Source: Gemmatimonadaceae bacterium (lineage in GTDB: Bacteria > Gemmatimonadota > Gemmatimonadetes > Gemmatimonadales > Gemmatimonadaceae). From it: a stretch of DNA of 64,000 bases. Under the pieces are notes generated by a model. The model did no database searches and was not told the DNA's origin. It saw only the letters and a list, made by a program, of their open reading frames with translations. Position numbers and translations under genes: made by a program. Of the stretch, positions 20,005 to 32,579 are shown piece by piece; position 1 is the stretch's first letter; each line of letters opens with the position of its first letter. Where the stretch lies: the NCBI GenBank assembly GCA_039936175.1, contig JBDTIV010000017.1:4058-68057 (forward strand). Direction: 5' to 3'.

Positions 20005-21642
20005 CTACTTCTTTTTCGCCGAATCTTCGGCGAAGAAGGGTGAGTGTATCACCGGGTGGTTCTGATCATAGGCGCGCTTCGTGATCAGAGCCACCGTGCT
20101 GTCCCGGCCAAGCCACGTGTCTATGGCAGGCTGCTCGAGAAGCTTGTAGCGCCTGGCAAGCTCGGCGCGGTACCATTTCGCGCCGAGCATGGGCACGGTG
20201 ACAATTGTTACATCCCTTCGTGTGCCTTCAGCCTGCTGCAGGTACCAGAGTGGATAGGTGTCGTTGTCCCCGAGCGCGAGGAAGACGCCGCTCGGTGGAA
20301 CGCGTGACAGCATCTCGCCCGACTCGACGCGCGATTGCGCCTCAACCGCGTCGGTGCGGCGATCGACGGCACTCCAGTTGAGGATCGCGGGCGCGAATGG
20401 AAGGATCAGCGCGATCATGTTGAATGGAGCTTTGAGCAGCCGCGATAACCGTATCGACCCGAAACCGGCCCAGAGACCCCAGCACAGGAACGCGAAGAAG
20501 AAGAAATAATCTCTCTCTCTCGCCTCGTGCGGCGCGTTCGCCGGCAGGAAGCCGATGCCGAACGAAGGTCCCGCTTTCAGGTTGAGGTAGGTGACCACTC
20601 CGAGAGTGGAGACGAAGAATAGAAGTGCCATTGCGCGCCAGCTCCGCCGGTCCATAGCGCGATGGGTTATGAATCCCACCACTCCGAGCAGCGCGTACAG
20701 CACGGTCACCGGCGTTCGCCACCAGTTTGGTGGCGCGTCGGGCCCCAATCCCTTCGCAAACTGCCAGTCAGCGTACTCGAACAGATTTCCGAGCTGAATG
20801 TAGGCGGGCGCCTGGCGGGGCCAGAGCGCAGGGACATCGTACTGCCGTCGCAGTATCACGTCGACGAGACTGCCGAAAGTCGAAGGATTGCCCTGATTGA
20901 TAGCCGGATCGTGGCGCGAGCGAATGAGCATGAACAGCACGCACGACATCCCGACGAGCACGACGACGATCGAAGCTCGAAGCAGCCGTGCGAACGAATG
21001 CGCTTCGCGGCGGCCGTCGGCGTACCGTTTCCCAACCGGAACGGCGAAATACCCATCGTGAGTGCTGAAGACGAGCAGTATCGCGCTCGGCACCACGAGG
21101 AGCGCGCTCAGGTGAAGCGACCACGCCAGGCCCGAGAGATACGCTGCGAGCAGCGCCCAATGCATGTCGGAGTTCTCACCCGCTCGATCGGCTGCCCAGA
21201 GTATGACGCATCCAAACAACAGCGCCACGGCATAAACCTCGGTCTCTGTCGCGCTGAGCCAGACCGTGGACATGATCCCCGCGGTTATTCCGGCGGCCGT
21301 TCCCGCGAAGTCATCGCCCGTCCACTGTGCGAACATGGCGGCGAGAATGCCGCAGCCGACGGCGGTCGAGACGGCGGACAGCAGATTGATCGCTCGCGCG
21401 AATCCAAAAAGATCCGCGAACGCGAGACTCCACACCTTGCCCAGCAGGATGTACAGCGGAGTCCCCGGGGGGTGCGGAATTCCGAGCGTTTTGATCGCGG
21501 CAAGAAACTCACCCGAGTCCCACAGCGTTACACCGGGGGCAAGGGTGAGCATGTACACGAACAATAGAATTGCTGCCGTCGTCCAGCCCGGCGAAGGAAG
21601 GCGTCTTATCTGGTGCGCTCCCGGTTTGGAGTAACCCTTCAA
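20005..21642 (-). CDS. DUF2723 multi-pass membrane protein (GT-C-like glycosyltransferase family)
   Basis: TLAPGVTLWDSGEF, LGIPHPPGTPLY, TEVYA, RERDYF, GDNDTYPLWY; start is uncertain. Confidence 0.85.
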   Translation of the reverse strand: MKGYSKPGAHQIRRLPSPGWTTAAILLFVYMLTLAPGVTLWDSGEFLAAIKTLGIPHPPGTPLYILLGKVWSLAFADLFGFARAINLLSAVSTAVGCGILAAMFAQWTGDDFAGTAAGITAGIMSTVWLSATETEVYAVALLFGCVILWAADRAGENSDMHWALLAAYLSGLAWSLHLSALLVVPSAILLVFSTHDGYFAVPVGKRYADGRREAHSFARLLRASIVVVLVGMSCVLFMLIRSRHDPAINQGNPSTFGSLVDVILRRQYDVPALWPRQAPAYIQLGNLFEYADWQFAKGLGPDAPPNWWRTPVTVLYALLGVVGFITHRAMDRRSWRAMALLFFVSTLGVVTYLNLKAGPSFGIGFLPANAPHEARERDYFFFFAFLCWGLWAGFGSIRLSRLLKAPFNMIALILPFAPAILNWSAVDRRTDAVEAQSRVESGEMLSRVPPSGVFLALGDNDTYPLWYLQQAEGTRRDVTIVTVPMLGAKWYRAELARRYKLLEQPAIDTWLGRDSTVALITKRAYDQNHPVIHSPFFAEDSAKKK

Positions 21643-21684
21643 AATTACCTTAGCGGCTCGCGAGTTGCCCGTTCCGCGCGCGAT

Positions 21685-22589
21685 CTATTCGACGAGCAGC
21701 TCCGACTCTTCCGGGGTCAGGGCCCACGCCGCATCGAGAGCGAGTCGATTCGGCCGCACGCTGTGAACTCTGAAAATTCGTGCGCCAGCGAAGAATGCGA
21801 CCACGTTCACTCCCACCGTCGCCATGTCGCGGTCGTCGTTCGAGATTATCCGGGAATCCAGCGTAGTCCCGCCCCAGTTGCCGCTGCTCTCCGACGTGAA
21901 CCGTATGAGCTCCGCGATCACGCGCTTGCGCGACGCGCCGACGAATACCGGGTAGCCCTTTTCCACCACCCGGCGCAGCTCCACCAGCACCGCCAGCGAG
22001 TGTCCGGTTTTCTTGGAGAATCCGATTCCGGGATCGAGCGCTATTCGCCCGGGATGGATCCCCGCTCTCTGAGCAGTCTGGATGCTTTCCTCAAGCTCCG
22101 ACAGAATCTCGCCGACCGGATCGTGGCCGTAGATCGCCTTCTCATAGCTCGCCATCTCTCCAACCGTTCCCCGCGAGTGCATCAGCACGACGTTGCAGCC
22201 CGCCTCGGCGCACATTGACGGCATTTCGGGGTCGAGTGACATGCCGGAGACATCGTTCACCACCGACGCTCCCTCGGCCAGAGCCGCGCGTGCAACCTCT
22301 GCTTTCACGGTGTCGATCGAGATAGGTACGTCGCTCCAACGCGACCGAATGGCTCGAATCGCAGGCAGTACTCTCCTGAGCTCCTCGCGCACTGGAACGG
22401 ATTCCGCTCCGGGCCGCGTCGATTCGCCCCCGACGTCGATCACATCAGCGCCTTCGGAGATCATCCGCGCAGCCTGGGTGATCGCAGCCTCGGTGGAAAA
22501 GAAATTACCCCCGTCGCTGAAGCTGTCGGGGGTAACGTTCAGAATTCCGAAGATGGTTGGCCGCTGTGACTTTGAGGGCCACGAGAAAC

Positions 22590-22593
<4 letters not shown>
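21685..22593 (-). CDS. folP: dihydropteroate synthase
   Basis: Motifs GILNVTPDSFSDGG, DVGGESTRPG, SIDT, NDVSG, DPGIGF, GASRK, RVH. Confidence 0.96.
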
Positions 22594-24571
<1,978 letters not shown>

Positions 24572-24572
<1 letters not shown>

Positions 24573-25141
24573 TACTGCAAGCTCGCTATGTACGGCAAGT
24601 GGCGGAAGTTCTCCGCGTGATCCAACCCATAACCAACCAAAAACTCATTCGGCGCATCGAATCCAACGAACTTCGCATCGTACTGCAGACCTTCAGCAAT
24701 CCGCTTGTGGAGCAGCGCACAGATCTCCAGCGACCTCGGCCGTCTCTCCTTCAGTATAGCCATGAGACGATTCAATGTGCGGCCGGAATCAATGATGTCC
24801 TCCACAAGGAGGATGTCCTTGCCCTCCAGCTTCGTCTCGGGGTCGTACACCAGATTGACCGTACCGCTCGAAACCATTCCGTCACCGTAACTCGAGGCCA
24901 CCAGGAAGTCGACCTGAAGCGGCCGCGTTATCTGCCGCACCAGATCGCTGAGAAAGATGAAGCTTCCTTTGAGCAAACCGAGCACCAGCAGATCGCCGTC
25001 CGGGTAGGCCTCCGTGATCTGATGGCCGAGCTCGGATACTCTCCTTGCAATGGTGGCTTCATCCAGAGCTATACGTTTCACGGCCCTGCCCGACAGACGC
25101 GGATCGCTCCTGGCCGCCACCGGCTTGATCGTGCTACTCAC
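24572..25141 (-). CDS. hpt: hypoxanthine phosphoribosyltransferase
   Basis: Motifs LKGSFIFLSDL, SSYG, LVEDIIDSGRTL, VGYGLD, RHLPYI. Confidence 0.96.
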
Positions 25142-26106
25142 GCGTGATGCTCGGGAGGCGCGGTGCGCCAGCGGCGCAACAGCATGTGATCGCGCCGCAT
25201 GACGATTTCGACGCCCCCGGAGAGCTGAATTGTACCGCCATTTAGACCCTTAATAGTAAACTCCGCGGCGCGATGGGTTCCCCTGCGATCCATAACGACA
25301 CTTGCTCGGGCAGCAATCGCGGGCCATAGGACACAGAGGCAGTCCGCATTGAAGCCCTTCAAGCTTGACCGACTCACCCGGAGGCCGCCGTCCTGCTCGG
25401 GCTCGGCCTCAACGGCTCCCGCAAGATCCTCCTGCGAGCGGCGCCAATCCGCGGAGCGGCGCGCAAGGGTCAAGAGCTCTTCGGAAAAATCGGGATTCCG
25501 CTCGACGATCGATGGCAGAATGTCCAGGCGGATCCGGTTGCGGAGGTGCTTGCGGTCGTAGTTCGATGGGTCCTGAACAAACGGAACACAATGCTCGTCG
25601 GCGTAGTCTACGAGCGATGCGTGGCGCATCTCCAGAAATGGTCGAATGATCTCGGACTCGGCGTATAAGCCGGCGAGCCCCCGAGGTCCGGCGTCGCGGA
25701 GAATCCGCATGAACACCGTTTCGATCTGATCATCACGGGTATGTGCAGTAACGACCTGCGCGTCGTGATTACCGGCGACCTGCTTGAGGAAAGCCCAGCG
25801 ACTGCGTCTCCATTCCTCTTCGCGCGTTCCGATAGTCGAGGCGCGGCCGGTCACGCACTCGAAGCCTGACTCGAACGCGTGTCGCGCGACGAGAGCAGCC
25901 GCCCTTCCGGCGGCCTTGCCGGTCCCGTGATCGAAGGTCGCGACCGTGATGGCTCGGCGCGCGCGAGCGGAGAGTCTGGATGCCGCCGTGAGAAGTACCA
26001 TCGAGTCCAGCCCTCCCGACACTGCGAGCACCGCGGGGGCGCTCTCTCCCAGCGCAGCGCCGACGGCGCTTTCCACGTGTGACGCTTCAACAGCGGCAAC
26101 TCTCAT
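25138..26106 (-). CDS. tilS: tRNA(Ile)-lysidine synthetase (short form)
   Basis: AVSGGLDSMVLL, DHG, TAHTRDDQIET, IRPFL, DPSN, RNRIR; tilS-hpt-ftsH synteny. The start may be a GTG slightly downstream. Confidence 0.9.
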   Translation of the reverse strand: MRVAAVEASHVESAVGAALGESAPAVLAVSGGLDSMVLLTAASRLSARARRAITVATFDHGTGKAAGRAAALVARHAFESGFECVTGRASTIGTREEEWRRSRWAFLKQVAGNHDAQVVTAHTRDDQIETVFMRILRDAGPRGLAGLYAESEIIRPFLEMRHASLVDYADEHCVPFVQDPSNYDRKHLRNRIRLDILPSIVERNPDFSEELLTLARRSADWRRSQEDLAGAVEAEPEQDGGLRVSRSSLKGFNADCLCVLWPAIAARASVVMDRRGTHRAAEFTIKGLNGGTIQLSGGVEIVMRRDHMLLRRWRTAPPEHHA

Positions 26107-26347
26107 GATAGTTTTAATCTACCTATTCACGTGGGAGTTTCGCTTGGAAACGCACGGACCGCTCGGCACGCTGTGGGTCTCGTTCGGCCTGATAGGGTTT
26201 TACCTGGCCCTGATCTGGTTGAACTCCCTGCTGGGGATGCTACTCACCCCGCTGGTCGTGATACCGGGAACGTGGCTTCTGGATTGGCTCAAGAAGCGGA
26301 AGGCCGAGCGCGGAACCCCGGCCAGCGAAACCACCTACCAGGGATAA
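26105..26347 (+). CDS. small putative membrane protein (80 aa)
   Basis: MIVLIYLFTW...LWVSFGLIGFYLALIWLNSLLGMLLTPLVVIPGTWLLDWLKKRKAE; GC-rich third codon positions; fills the whole tilS-slt gap on the opposite strand. Confidence 0.45.
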   Translation: MIVLIYLFTWEFRLETHGPLGTLWVSFGLIGFYLALIWLNSLLGMLLTPLVVIPGTWLLDWLKKRKAERGTPASETTYQG

Positions 26348-28311
26348 AGCGCTTGGTAGTAGGCTCGATTGCGCAGAATGATTCGCACGTAGTCGCGGGT
26401 TTCCACGAATGGAATCCGCTCCGTGAAGACCTCCGGATCGGCGGCACCTGTCTTGGTGGACCACTTCTCCACGCGCGATTCGCCAGCGTTGTACGCGGCA
26501 AGTGATTTGACGACCTCCGGATATTTCCGCATCAGTCCCTTCAGGTGTGCCGTTCCCAGCTTGATGTTGACGTCAGGCTCGTAAAGCCTATCCGCGCTCC
26601 ACGGAGCGATTCCCTTTGAGCTTGCCAGTCCCTGACCCACATCAGGCATCAGCTGCATCAGACCTCTAGCACCCGCAGGAGAAGTCGCCCGGGGATTGAA
26701 GTTCGATTCCTGGCGAATGAGCGCCGCGACAAGCACGGGGTCGAGACCATTTTGCTTGGAGCTCGAGATCAGGGTCTCGCGCTCGAGAACGGGGAAATAG
26801 AGCCGGTAGTTTGCGGGCGTCGCACCGATGTCGTCGAGCGCACGCTTGCCGAGTGCGATCGAGCGTGAGGCCTGATCGGTTCCAGCCAGCGCGCTCGCCG
26901 TGGCAACCACTTTCGCCGGATCCGCCAGGGCGTCGCGAAACAGCTTGTCGTTTTCAAAACCGGCTTCCACATCCATCCCGACGTCCTTGAGCGCCGCGAC
27001 GCGCGACGTGGCGCTGTCGATCGAGGGGAGGTGCGGATACGCAGTAGTCGAACGGTCGGGGGTGACGAGAGTCGTCCCCAACCGCTTCGCCGACAGGACG
27101 GCGTAATAGCTCAATGGATCCTGCTTGACGACGGACGTCCACCGCGCGCGACTTTTTGTCTTGTCGCCCAGTGTGGTGTAGGATCTCCCGGCCCAATAGC
27201 CCGCCGCCAGTGCCTCGCTGCTGTTCGGATCCCGAGCCACTAGCGAATCGAACTCCGCGGCCGCTGCGCGCTTGTTGTTTTCGATATAGGCAATCATCCC
27301 CGCCCGGAAGCGCGCACTCGTTGCATGCCGTCCCGAGGGGAATCGCTTGAGGAGCGCGAAAAGCGTCTGACGTGCGTCCTGGTCGCGATTGTCGTCAGTG
27401 GCAAGATCCGCGAGCAGCAGGAGCGCAGATGCAGCGCTGGTGTCGTTCGGGTAGGCGCCCGAGAGACTCCGAAGAATAGTGCGACCCGCGTCAGTATTGC
27501 CGAGCGCGATTTGTGCGCGAGCGCTCTGATATTGGGCGGCGGCGGCAAGCTTGGGTGGCGTTCGTATCCTCGCGAACTGCGTTCCGGCATCTGCGTACCG
27601 TCTCAGCCGATACAAAGCGGACGCGTATGAAAAGGAGTCGTTGACGTCTCCAAGTTCCGCCGCCTGAGCCTTCGCGAAGCCCGCCACTGCACGATCGGGC
27701 AACGCAGCCCTGCTGGCAGCTCTGGCGATTGTGAGCTCGTCGGCCGCACTCGTAGTCGTGAAGATTTTATCGAAGAGTCCCACCGCTTCCCGCACATCGG
27801 GCAGATTCCCCGAGGTAGAGATGAAGGCGAGCAGGTCCTTGCGCCCGGCGGCTTTCGAGACTTCGTCGGTCGGCGGCGACACGCGGAGGCGCAGCGCATC
27901 GAGCCTCGCCCCAAGCCCGTTGTAGACACGGATCGCTCCGGCGAAATCACGCGCGCGCTCACGTGCAATGGCGTCGGTCCAGCGAATTCTCTCACGCGCC
28001 GCAGGCGTGCGAACTTTTGCGAAATACGCCGCGCGCGACGCGCTGTCGCCAGTCACTCCCGCTGCCCGCAGGTAGAGCCAGTCGGAGATCTGCGGCAGCT
28101 TCTTCGCCGCTTCTTCGTACGCAGCACGCGCCTGCTCGAGACTGTCCGCACGATCGAGCTCTCGGGCGCGAAGCACGAGCGTCCGGCTATCGGGCGGAAG
28201 TACGTGCACGGTAGTATCGCCCGCGAGAACGGCCGCGGAATCAGTGTGCGTGGGGTCCGTGTTCTGGCAGGCGGTGGACGATATGATGAGCGCGATGAGT
28301 GGTAGCAGCAT
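26335..28311 (-). CDS. soluble lytic transglycosylase (SLT domain) lipoprotein with TPR-like helical repeats
   Basis: Lipobox-like MLLPLIALIISSTAC from ATG 28311; C-terminal IRQESNF, GARGLMQLMP, AAYNAGE, IPFVETRDYV. Confidence 0.9.
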   Translation of the reverse strand: MLLPLIALIISSTACQNTDPTHTDSAAVLAGDTTVHVLPPDSRTLVLRARELDRADSLEQARAAYEEAAKKLPQISDWLYLRAAGVTGDSASRAAYFAKVRTPAARERIRWTDAIARERARDFAGAIRVYNGLGARLDALRLRVSPPTDEVSKAAGRKDLLAFISTSGNLPDVREAVGLFDKIFTTTSAADELTIARAASRAALPDRAVAGFAKAQAAELGDVNDSFSYASALYRLRRYADAGTQFARIRTPPKLAAAAQYQSARAQIALGNTDAGRTILRSLSGAYPNDTSAASALLLLADLATDDNRDQDARQTLFALLKRFPSGRHATSARFRAGMIAYIENNKRAAAAEFDSLVARDPNSSEALAAGYWAGRSYTTLGDKTKSRARWTSVVKQDPLSYYAVLSAKRLGTTLVTPDRSTTAYPHLPSIDSATSRVAALKDVGMDVEAGFENDKLFRDALADPAKVVATASALAGTDQASRSIALGKRALDDIGATPANYRLYFPVLERETLISSSKQNGLDPVLVAALIRQESNFNPRATSPAGARGLMQLMPDVGQGLASSKGIAPWSADRLYEPDVNIKLGTAHLKGLMRKYPEVVKSLAAYNAGESRVEKWSTKTGAADPEVFTERIPFVETRDYVRIILRNRAYYQALYPW

Positions 28312-28316
28312 TGGGG

Positions 28317-29903
28317 CTAACGCCAACGTGTGTGATCTCCATCCAGCAGTTGATCGGCTTCCTTTGGACCCCAGCTTCCGGCGGGATAGGTGAGAAGCGG
28401 AGTCTCCGGATGCTTGTCCCAGTATTCCAGCACGGGATCGATGATCTCCCACGCCATCTCGACTTCGTCGCTGCGGGTGAACAGCGTTGGATCTCCGATC
28501 ATGCAGTCGAGGAGCAGAGTTTCGTATGCGGGATGCGCTTCGTTTCCGAACGCCTCGGCGTAGGTGAAGTCCATGTCGACCGGAGTGATCTCGAGCCCGG
28601 GCGTCAGCTCGTGCATCGCTCCCGGCGTCTTCACCTGGAACCTGAGCGAGATTCCCTCGTCGGGCTGAACGCGCATCGTGAGAAGGCTGGGCGCCATTTC
28701 TTGGACTGCCTTCTGGCCGAAGAGCAAAAATGGAGGAGCCTTGAATTGTACCGCGATTTCGGAGATGCGCTTCTCCATCCTTTTTCCAGAGCGGAGATAG
28801 AAGGGCACGCCTGTCCAGCGCCAGTTATCGATCGAGACTCGCATTGCGGCGAACGTCGGAGTGGTGGATCCCACCGGCACTTCCGGCTCGGTTCTGTAGC
28901 CGGGAATGGATTTGCCGTCGACGATTCCATCACCGTACTGCGCGCGGATCACGGCTGGCTCGCAGTTTTGAATCAGCGGGCGTACCGAGTGGAGCACTTT
29001 CACTTTTTCATCGCGCACCGCGTCTGCCGTGAACGAGCTCGGTGGCTCCATGGCGGCAAGCGTGAGCAGCTGGAGCAGGTGATTCTGGAACATGTCCCGA
29101 AGAACACCCGCCTCTTCGTAATATTTGCCGCGACCTTCCACGCCGACGGATTCGGCGGCGGTTATCTGGACATGCGATACGTAGTTCCGGTTCCAGAGCG
29201 GCTCGAAGATCGAATTGGCGAAGCGGAACACCAAAATGTTCTGCACGCTTTCTTTGCCGAGGTAGTGATCGATGCGATAAATCTGGTGCTCACCAAACTC
29301 GTCGAGGACGAGCCTGTTGAGAGCGCGCGCGGATTGTAGATCGCGCCCGAACGGCTTTTCAATAACGACGCGCGCCCATGGGCGCGCTTCGTACGAATGC
29401 GTTCGCCAGGCCAGCTGGCTCGAGCACAGATGCTTGAGCGTCGTTTCGAACACGCTCGGCGGGATCGCGAGGTAGAAGAGTCTGTTGCGATCCTTCTCGG
29501 GTGAGGGCGCCTCGATCTCCTTCAGCCGTGAATGTATGTGAGCATATGCCTCATCCTTGCTGAAGTCTCCGCTGGCGTAGAAGATCCGTTGGCAGAGCCA
29601 CTGCCAGACATCGTCATGCACGCGATGGATCTCGTCAGAGTTGTCCATCGCCTCGCGCATCCGCTTGCGGTACGCATCGTCCGTATTTGCATCGCGCGCG
29701 ACGCCCAGCAGCGCGAAGTTGTCGGGGAGCAGCTTCTGCTCGGCGAGATAATAAATCGCGGGTATGAGCTTCCGCTTCGTCAGGTCTCCGGCGCCGCCGA
29801 AAATCACCATCGTACACGGATCGGCAATGTCACGGCTGCCGCTCGGTCGCTTGGCGCGCGCAAGTGGAGCGCGCATGGTTGGCATAGCGCGTGGAGTCTT
29901 CAT
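28317..29903 (-). CDS. zwf: glucose-6-phosphate dehydrogenase
   Basis: [58 protein letters not shown]; ATG 29903 overlaps the gnd stop. Confidence 0.97.
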   Translation of the reverse strand: MKTPRAMPTMRAPLARAKRPSGSRDIADPCTMVIFGGAGDLTKRKLIPAIYYLAEQKLLPDNFALLGVARDANTDDAYRKRMREAMDNSDEIHRVHDDVWQWLCQRIFYASGDFSKDEAYAHIHSRLKEIEAPSPEKDRNRLFYLAIPPSVFETTLKHLCSSQLAWRTHSYEARPWARVVIEKPFGRDLQSARALNRLVLDEFGEHQIYRIDHYLGKESVQNILVFRFANSIFEPLWNRNYVSHVQITAAESVGVEGRGKYYEEAGVLRDMFQNHLLQLLTLAAMEPPSSFTADAVRDEKVKVLHSVRPLIQNCEPAVIRAQYGDGIVDGKSIPGYRTEPEVPVGSTTPTFAAMRVSIDNWRWTGVPFYLRSGKRMEKRISEIAVQFKAPPFLLFGQKAVQEMAPSLLTMRVQPDEGISLRFQVKTPGAMHELTPGLEITPVDMDFTYAEAFGNEAHPAYETLLLDCMIGDPTLFTRSDEVEMAWEIIDPVLEYWDKHPETPLLTYPAGSWGPKEADQLLDGDHTRWR

Positions 29904-30799
29904 GACTTCTTCACAGCATGACCGCCGAATTCGTTTCTCAGAGCCGCGATCACTTTCGCCGAGAAGGAATCGGCTTGCCTGGAACGGAGTCGCGCCAGGA
30001 GCGAGAGTGTGATAACGGGGGCAGGAACGTCGAGATCTATCGCCTCCTGCACCGTCCAGCGGCCTTCGCCCGAGTCCTCGACGTATCCGCGCAGATCTTT
30101 CAGGTCGCCGTCCTTTTCGAATGCGAGCTCGGCCAACTCGTTCAGCCATGAACGCACCACGCTTCCATGATTCCACACCGCGGCGATTTTGTGCAGGTCG
30201 AGCTTGAAGTCCTTCGACGCGTGGAGAATCTCGTAGCCTTCGGCATACGCCTGCAGGGCCCCGTACTCGATGCCGTTGTGAATCATCTTGACGTAATGCC
30301 CGGAGCCCGGCGGCCCCATGTGAGCATACCCGTCTGGCGGCGCGAGCGTTTTAAATATCGACTCGCAGAGCTGGAACGCTTCGAGCGATGCGCCGATCAT
30401 CAGGCAGTAGCCGTTGGCGAGGCCCCAGACTCCGCCGCTCGTTCCGCAATCGATGAAGTTGATCCCTTTCGCCTTGAGCTCCGAAGCGCGGCGCATGGAA
30501 TCATGGAAGTTCGAGTTCCCGCCGTCGATGATGACGTCTCCTTTCCCGAGGCCCGGCAGCAGCGACGCTATCGTGTCGTCAACGGGCTTGCCCGAGGGGA
30601 CCATAATCCATACGACGCGCGGAGCCTTCAGCTTCGCAGTGATCTCGCCCGGGCTGGCCGCGCCTGTAGCCCCGAGCCCGACGTAACGCTGCACTGTCTC
30701 GGCGGTTCGATCGTAGACGACCACCTCGTGGCCTCCCTTCATCAACCGCTCCGACATGTTGCCGCCCATTCGGCCGAGACCGATCATCGCCAAGCGCAT
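29900..30799 (-). CDS. gnd: 6-phosphogluconate dehydrogenase, decarboxylating (short YqeC type)
   Basis: Motifs [47 protein letters not shown]. Confidence 0.96.
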   Translation of the reverse strand: MRLAMIGLGRMGGNMSERLMKGGHEVVVYDRTAETVQRYVGLGATGAASPGEITAKLKAPRVVWIMVPSGKPVDDTIASLLPGLGKGDVIIDGGNSNFHDSMRRASELKAKGINFIDCGTSGGVWGLANGYCLMIGASLEAFQLCESIFKTLAPPDGYAHMGPPGSGHYVKMIHNGIEYGALQAYAEGYEILHASKDFKLDLHKIAAVWNHGSVVRSWLNELAELAFEKDGDLKDLRGYVEDSGEGRWTVQEAIDLDVPAPVITLSLLARLRSRQADSFSAKVIAALRNEFGGHAVKKS

Positions 30800-30802
30800 T
30801 GC

Positions 30803-31426
30803 CTATGCTCCAGGAATTTCTAGATCGAGAACACGCTCCAGATCGGCGCGCAGCTGTGAGGCAGATTTGAATTGGATGACGCTCATTCCGAGGTTGGCCG
30901 CCGGAGTGAGATTCTGCTGCCTGTCATCGATAAACAGTGACGCGCGGGGATTTGCCTGCGCGATTCCAAGTCCCCTCTCGTAGAACTTTTTCGTCGGCTT
31001 GCGAACTCCGAGCCAACAGGAGGAGAGGAATGCCTCGAAGACCTCGGAGATGCCGAATTTCGCGATCCGATAGCGGTTCAGCTCGTCCGCTTCGTTGTTG
31101 AGCGTCATCAGCGTGTAGCGCGCTTGTCCCGTCAGCGACTTGGCGATAGAGACGACATCTTCGTGGGCGACGCTCTGCGACTGCATGAACTCGATGAACT
31201 CACCGCGCGTAAACTTCCTCGGCTGGTAGAACACCGTTATGTCGAGGTATTCGTCGATGGTGATTCGGCCCTCCTCCCACGCGCTTACCACTTCTTCGTG
31301 GCGACACTGGAAGTCCTCAGCGTCCAGCTTGTAGCGCTCGACTGCACGCTCGCGCTGCTCGCGATCCCAGCCATTGCTGCCGAGCACGCCCCCGACGTCG
31401 AAGAAGATGTGTTTTATCGTGGTCAC
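30803..31426 (-). CDS. HAD-family phosphatase (YihX-like)
   Basis: Motifs FFDVGGVL, LNN, RKP, FIDDRQQN. Confidence 0.88.
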   Translation of the reverse strand: MTTIKHIFFDVGGVLGSNGWDREQRERAVERYKLDAEDFQCRHEEVVSAWEEGRITIDEYLDITVFYQPRKFTRGEFIEFMQSQSVAHEDVVSIAKSLTGQARYTLMTLNNEADELNRYRIAKFGISEVFEAFLSSCWLGVRKPTKKFYERGLGIAQANPRASLFIDDRQQNLTPAANLGMSVIQFKSASQLRADLERVLDLEIPGA

Positions 31427-32052
31427 GCGATCAGCACCGCGCGCGCCGGCGCACCGTCACACCCTTCGATGCGGAGCGGCAGGCAAATGAGCTGATATTC
31501 TCCGGGAGGCGGTACAGAGAGGTCTAACCCTTCGAGAATCACTACCGATTTCTCGAGCAGGGTTCGGTGCGTCTTGTGGTGGCCGGAATGGAACTGCTCG
31601 ATTGAGAGGTAGTCGATCCCTACGAGCTCGATGCCGCTGTCTACGAGGTACTGCGCGCCGTCTGGCGCGAGGTAGGTGTAATCCTTCGCAAACTCTTTCT
31701 TCGACAAAAGGGCGGAATTCCTGGTCCGCAGCAGAATCCTCGTCTGCCCCTTGAGATCGTGCTGGCGCAGGTTCGCCGCGCCGATAACGAGCAAGTCATC
31801 CGGAAAGCTCAGAAGAAGGGCGCGTCCAATCAGGCGCTCGAGCGGAATTTGGTCGACGCTCTGGCCGTCGTCGAAAAAGTGCCGCGCCGCGTCAGCGTGC
31901 GTTCCGGTGTGAGAGCCGAATCGGATGTACGAGACGTTGGCGCTGGCGCCTTTCGCGACCGCCTGCTGGAGCTCGATATCGATCTCGGGGTTCCCGGGAT
32001 AAACGAGCCCACCAGTGCGAATGGGGACCGAGACATCGTAGATGCGGCTCAC
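31423..32052 (-). CDS. cyclase family metal-dependent hydrolase (KynB-like)
   Basis: SHTGTHADA (HxGTHxD), GIDYLS, LEGLDL, PLRIEGCDGAPARAV; GTG start at 32052. Confidence 0.88.
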   Translation of the reverse strand: MSRIYDVSVPIRTGGLVYPGNPEIDIELQQAVAKGASANVSYIRFGSHTGTHADAARHFFDDGQSVDQIPLERLIGRALLLSFPDDLLVIGAANLRQHDLKGQTRILLRTRNSALLSKKEFAKDYTYLAPDGAQYLVDSGIELVGIDYLSIEQFHSGHHKTHRTLLEKSVVILEGLDLSVPPPGEYQLICLPLRIEGCDGAPARAVLIA

Positions 32053-32083
32053 GCCCCGTACCAAGGCAACTGTCGTGCGCGAT

Positions 32084-32497
32084 TCAAGATGGCAGGCTCG
32101 TCGACTCGCTCGCGCTCAGTGTGAAGCGCGGAATAACGGCCTCGAACGACGTTCCATCCTGGCGCAAAAGGCCATAATTGCCTTCCATCCAGCCTTCCCC
32201 GGACTTCAGAATGCAGAAACTCTGATACTCGTGAACGCCTCCCGGCATCAGGGTCGGCTGCTCTCCGACCACTCCCTCGCCGATGACTTCGGTGTCGACC
32301 CCATCGCCCACCGAGTCGTGAATCAGCCACCGTCGCGTGAGGAGCTGCGCTGCCATGGTTCCGACATTTTCTATGCGAACAAAATAGGCAAACACGTAGT
32401 GGCTTTGTGACGGCTCCGAATGATCTCTCAGATAGACGGGCCGCACGGTGACGCGGATCCCTTCCGTTTCCTTGTAAAAGAAGCTGCGCGCGGTCAT
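32084..32497 (-). CDS. apaG: ApaG protein
   Basis: Motifs YVFAYFVRIEN, QLLTRRWLI, GEGVVGEQP, YQSFC, MEGNY. Confidence 0.93.
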   Translation of the reverse strand: MTARSFFYKETEGIRVTVRPVYLRDHSEPSQSHYVFAYFVRIENVGTMAAQLLTRRWLIHDSVGDGVDTEVIGEGVVGEQPTLMPGGVHEYQSFCILKSGEGWMEGNYGLLRQDGTSFEAVIPRFTLSASESTSLPS

Positions 32498-32579
32498 CCG
32501 TTCAACTTAGTCGCGAAACAGGAGCGGGCGCCACGTTGAGAAGGCGGAAAACCCGACCCTGCCCGCGCGAAGATGCCAG

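Noticed and set aside
31423-32052. Calling the cyclase-family gene kynB
   Set aside because: Family motifs are clear but there is no tryptophan-catabolism context, so the symbol is withheld.
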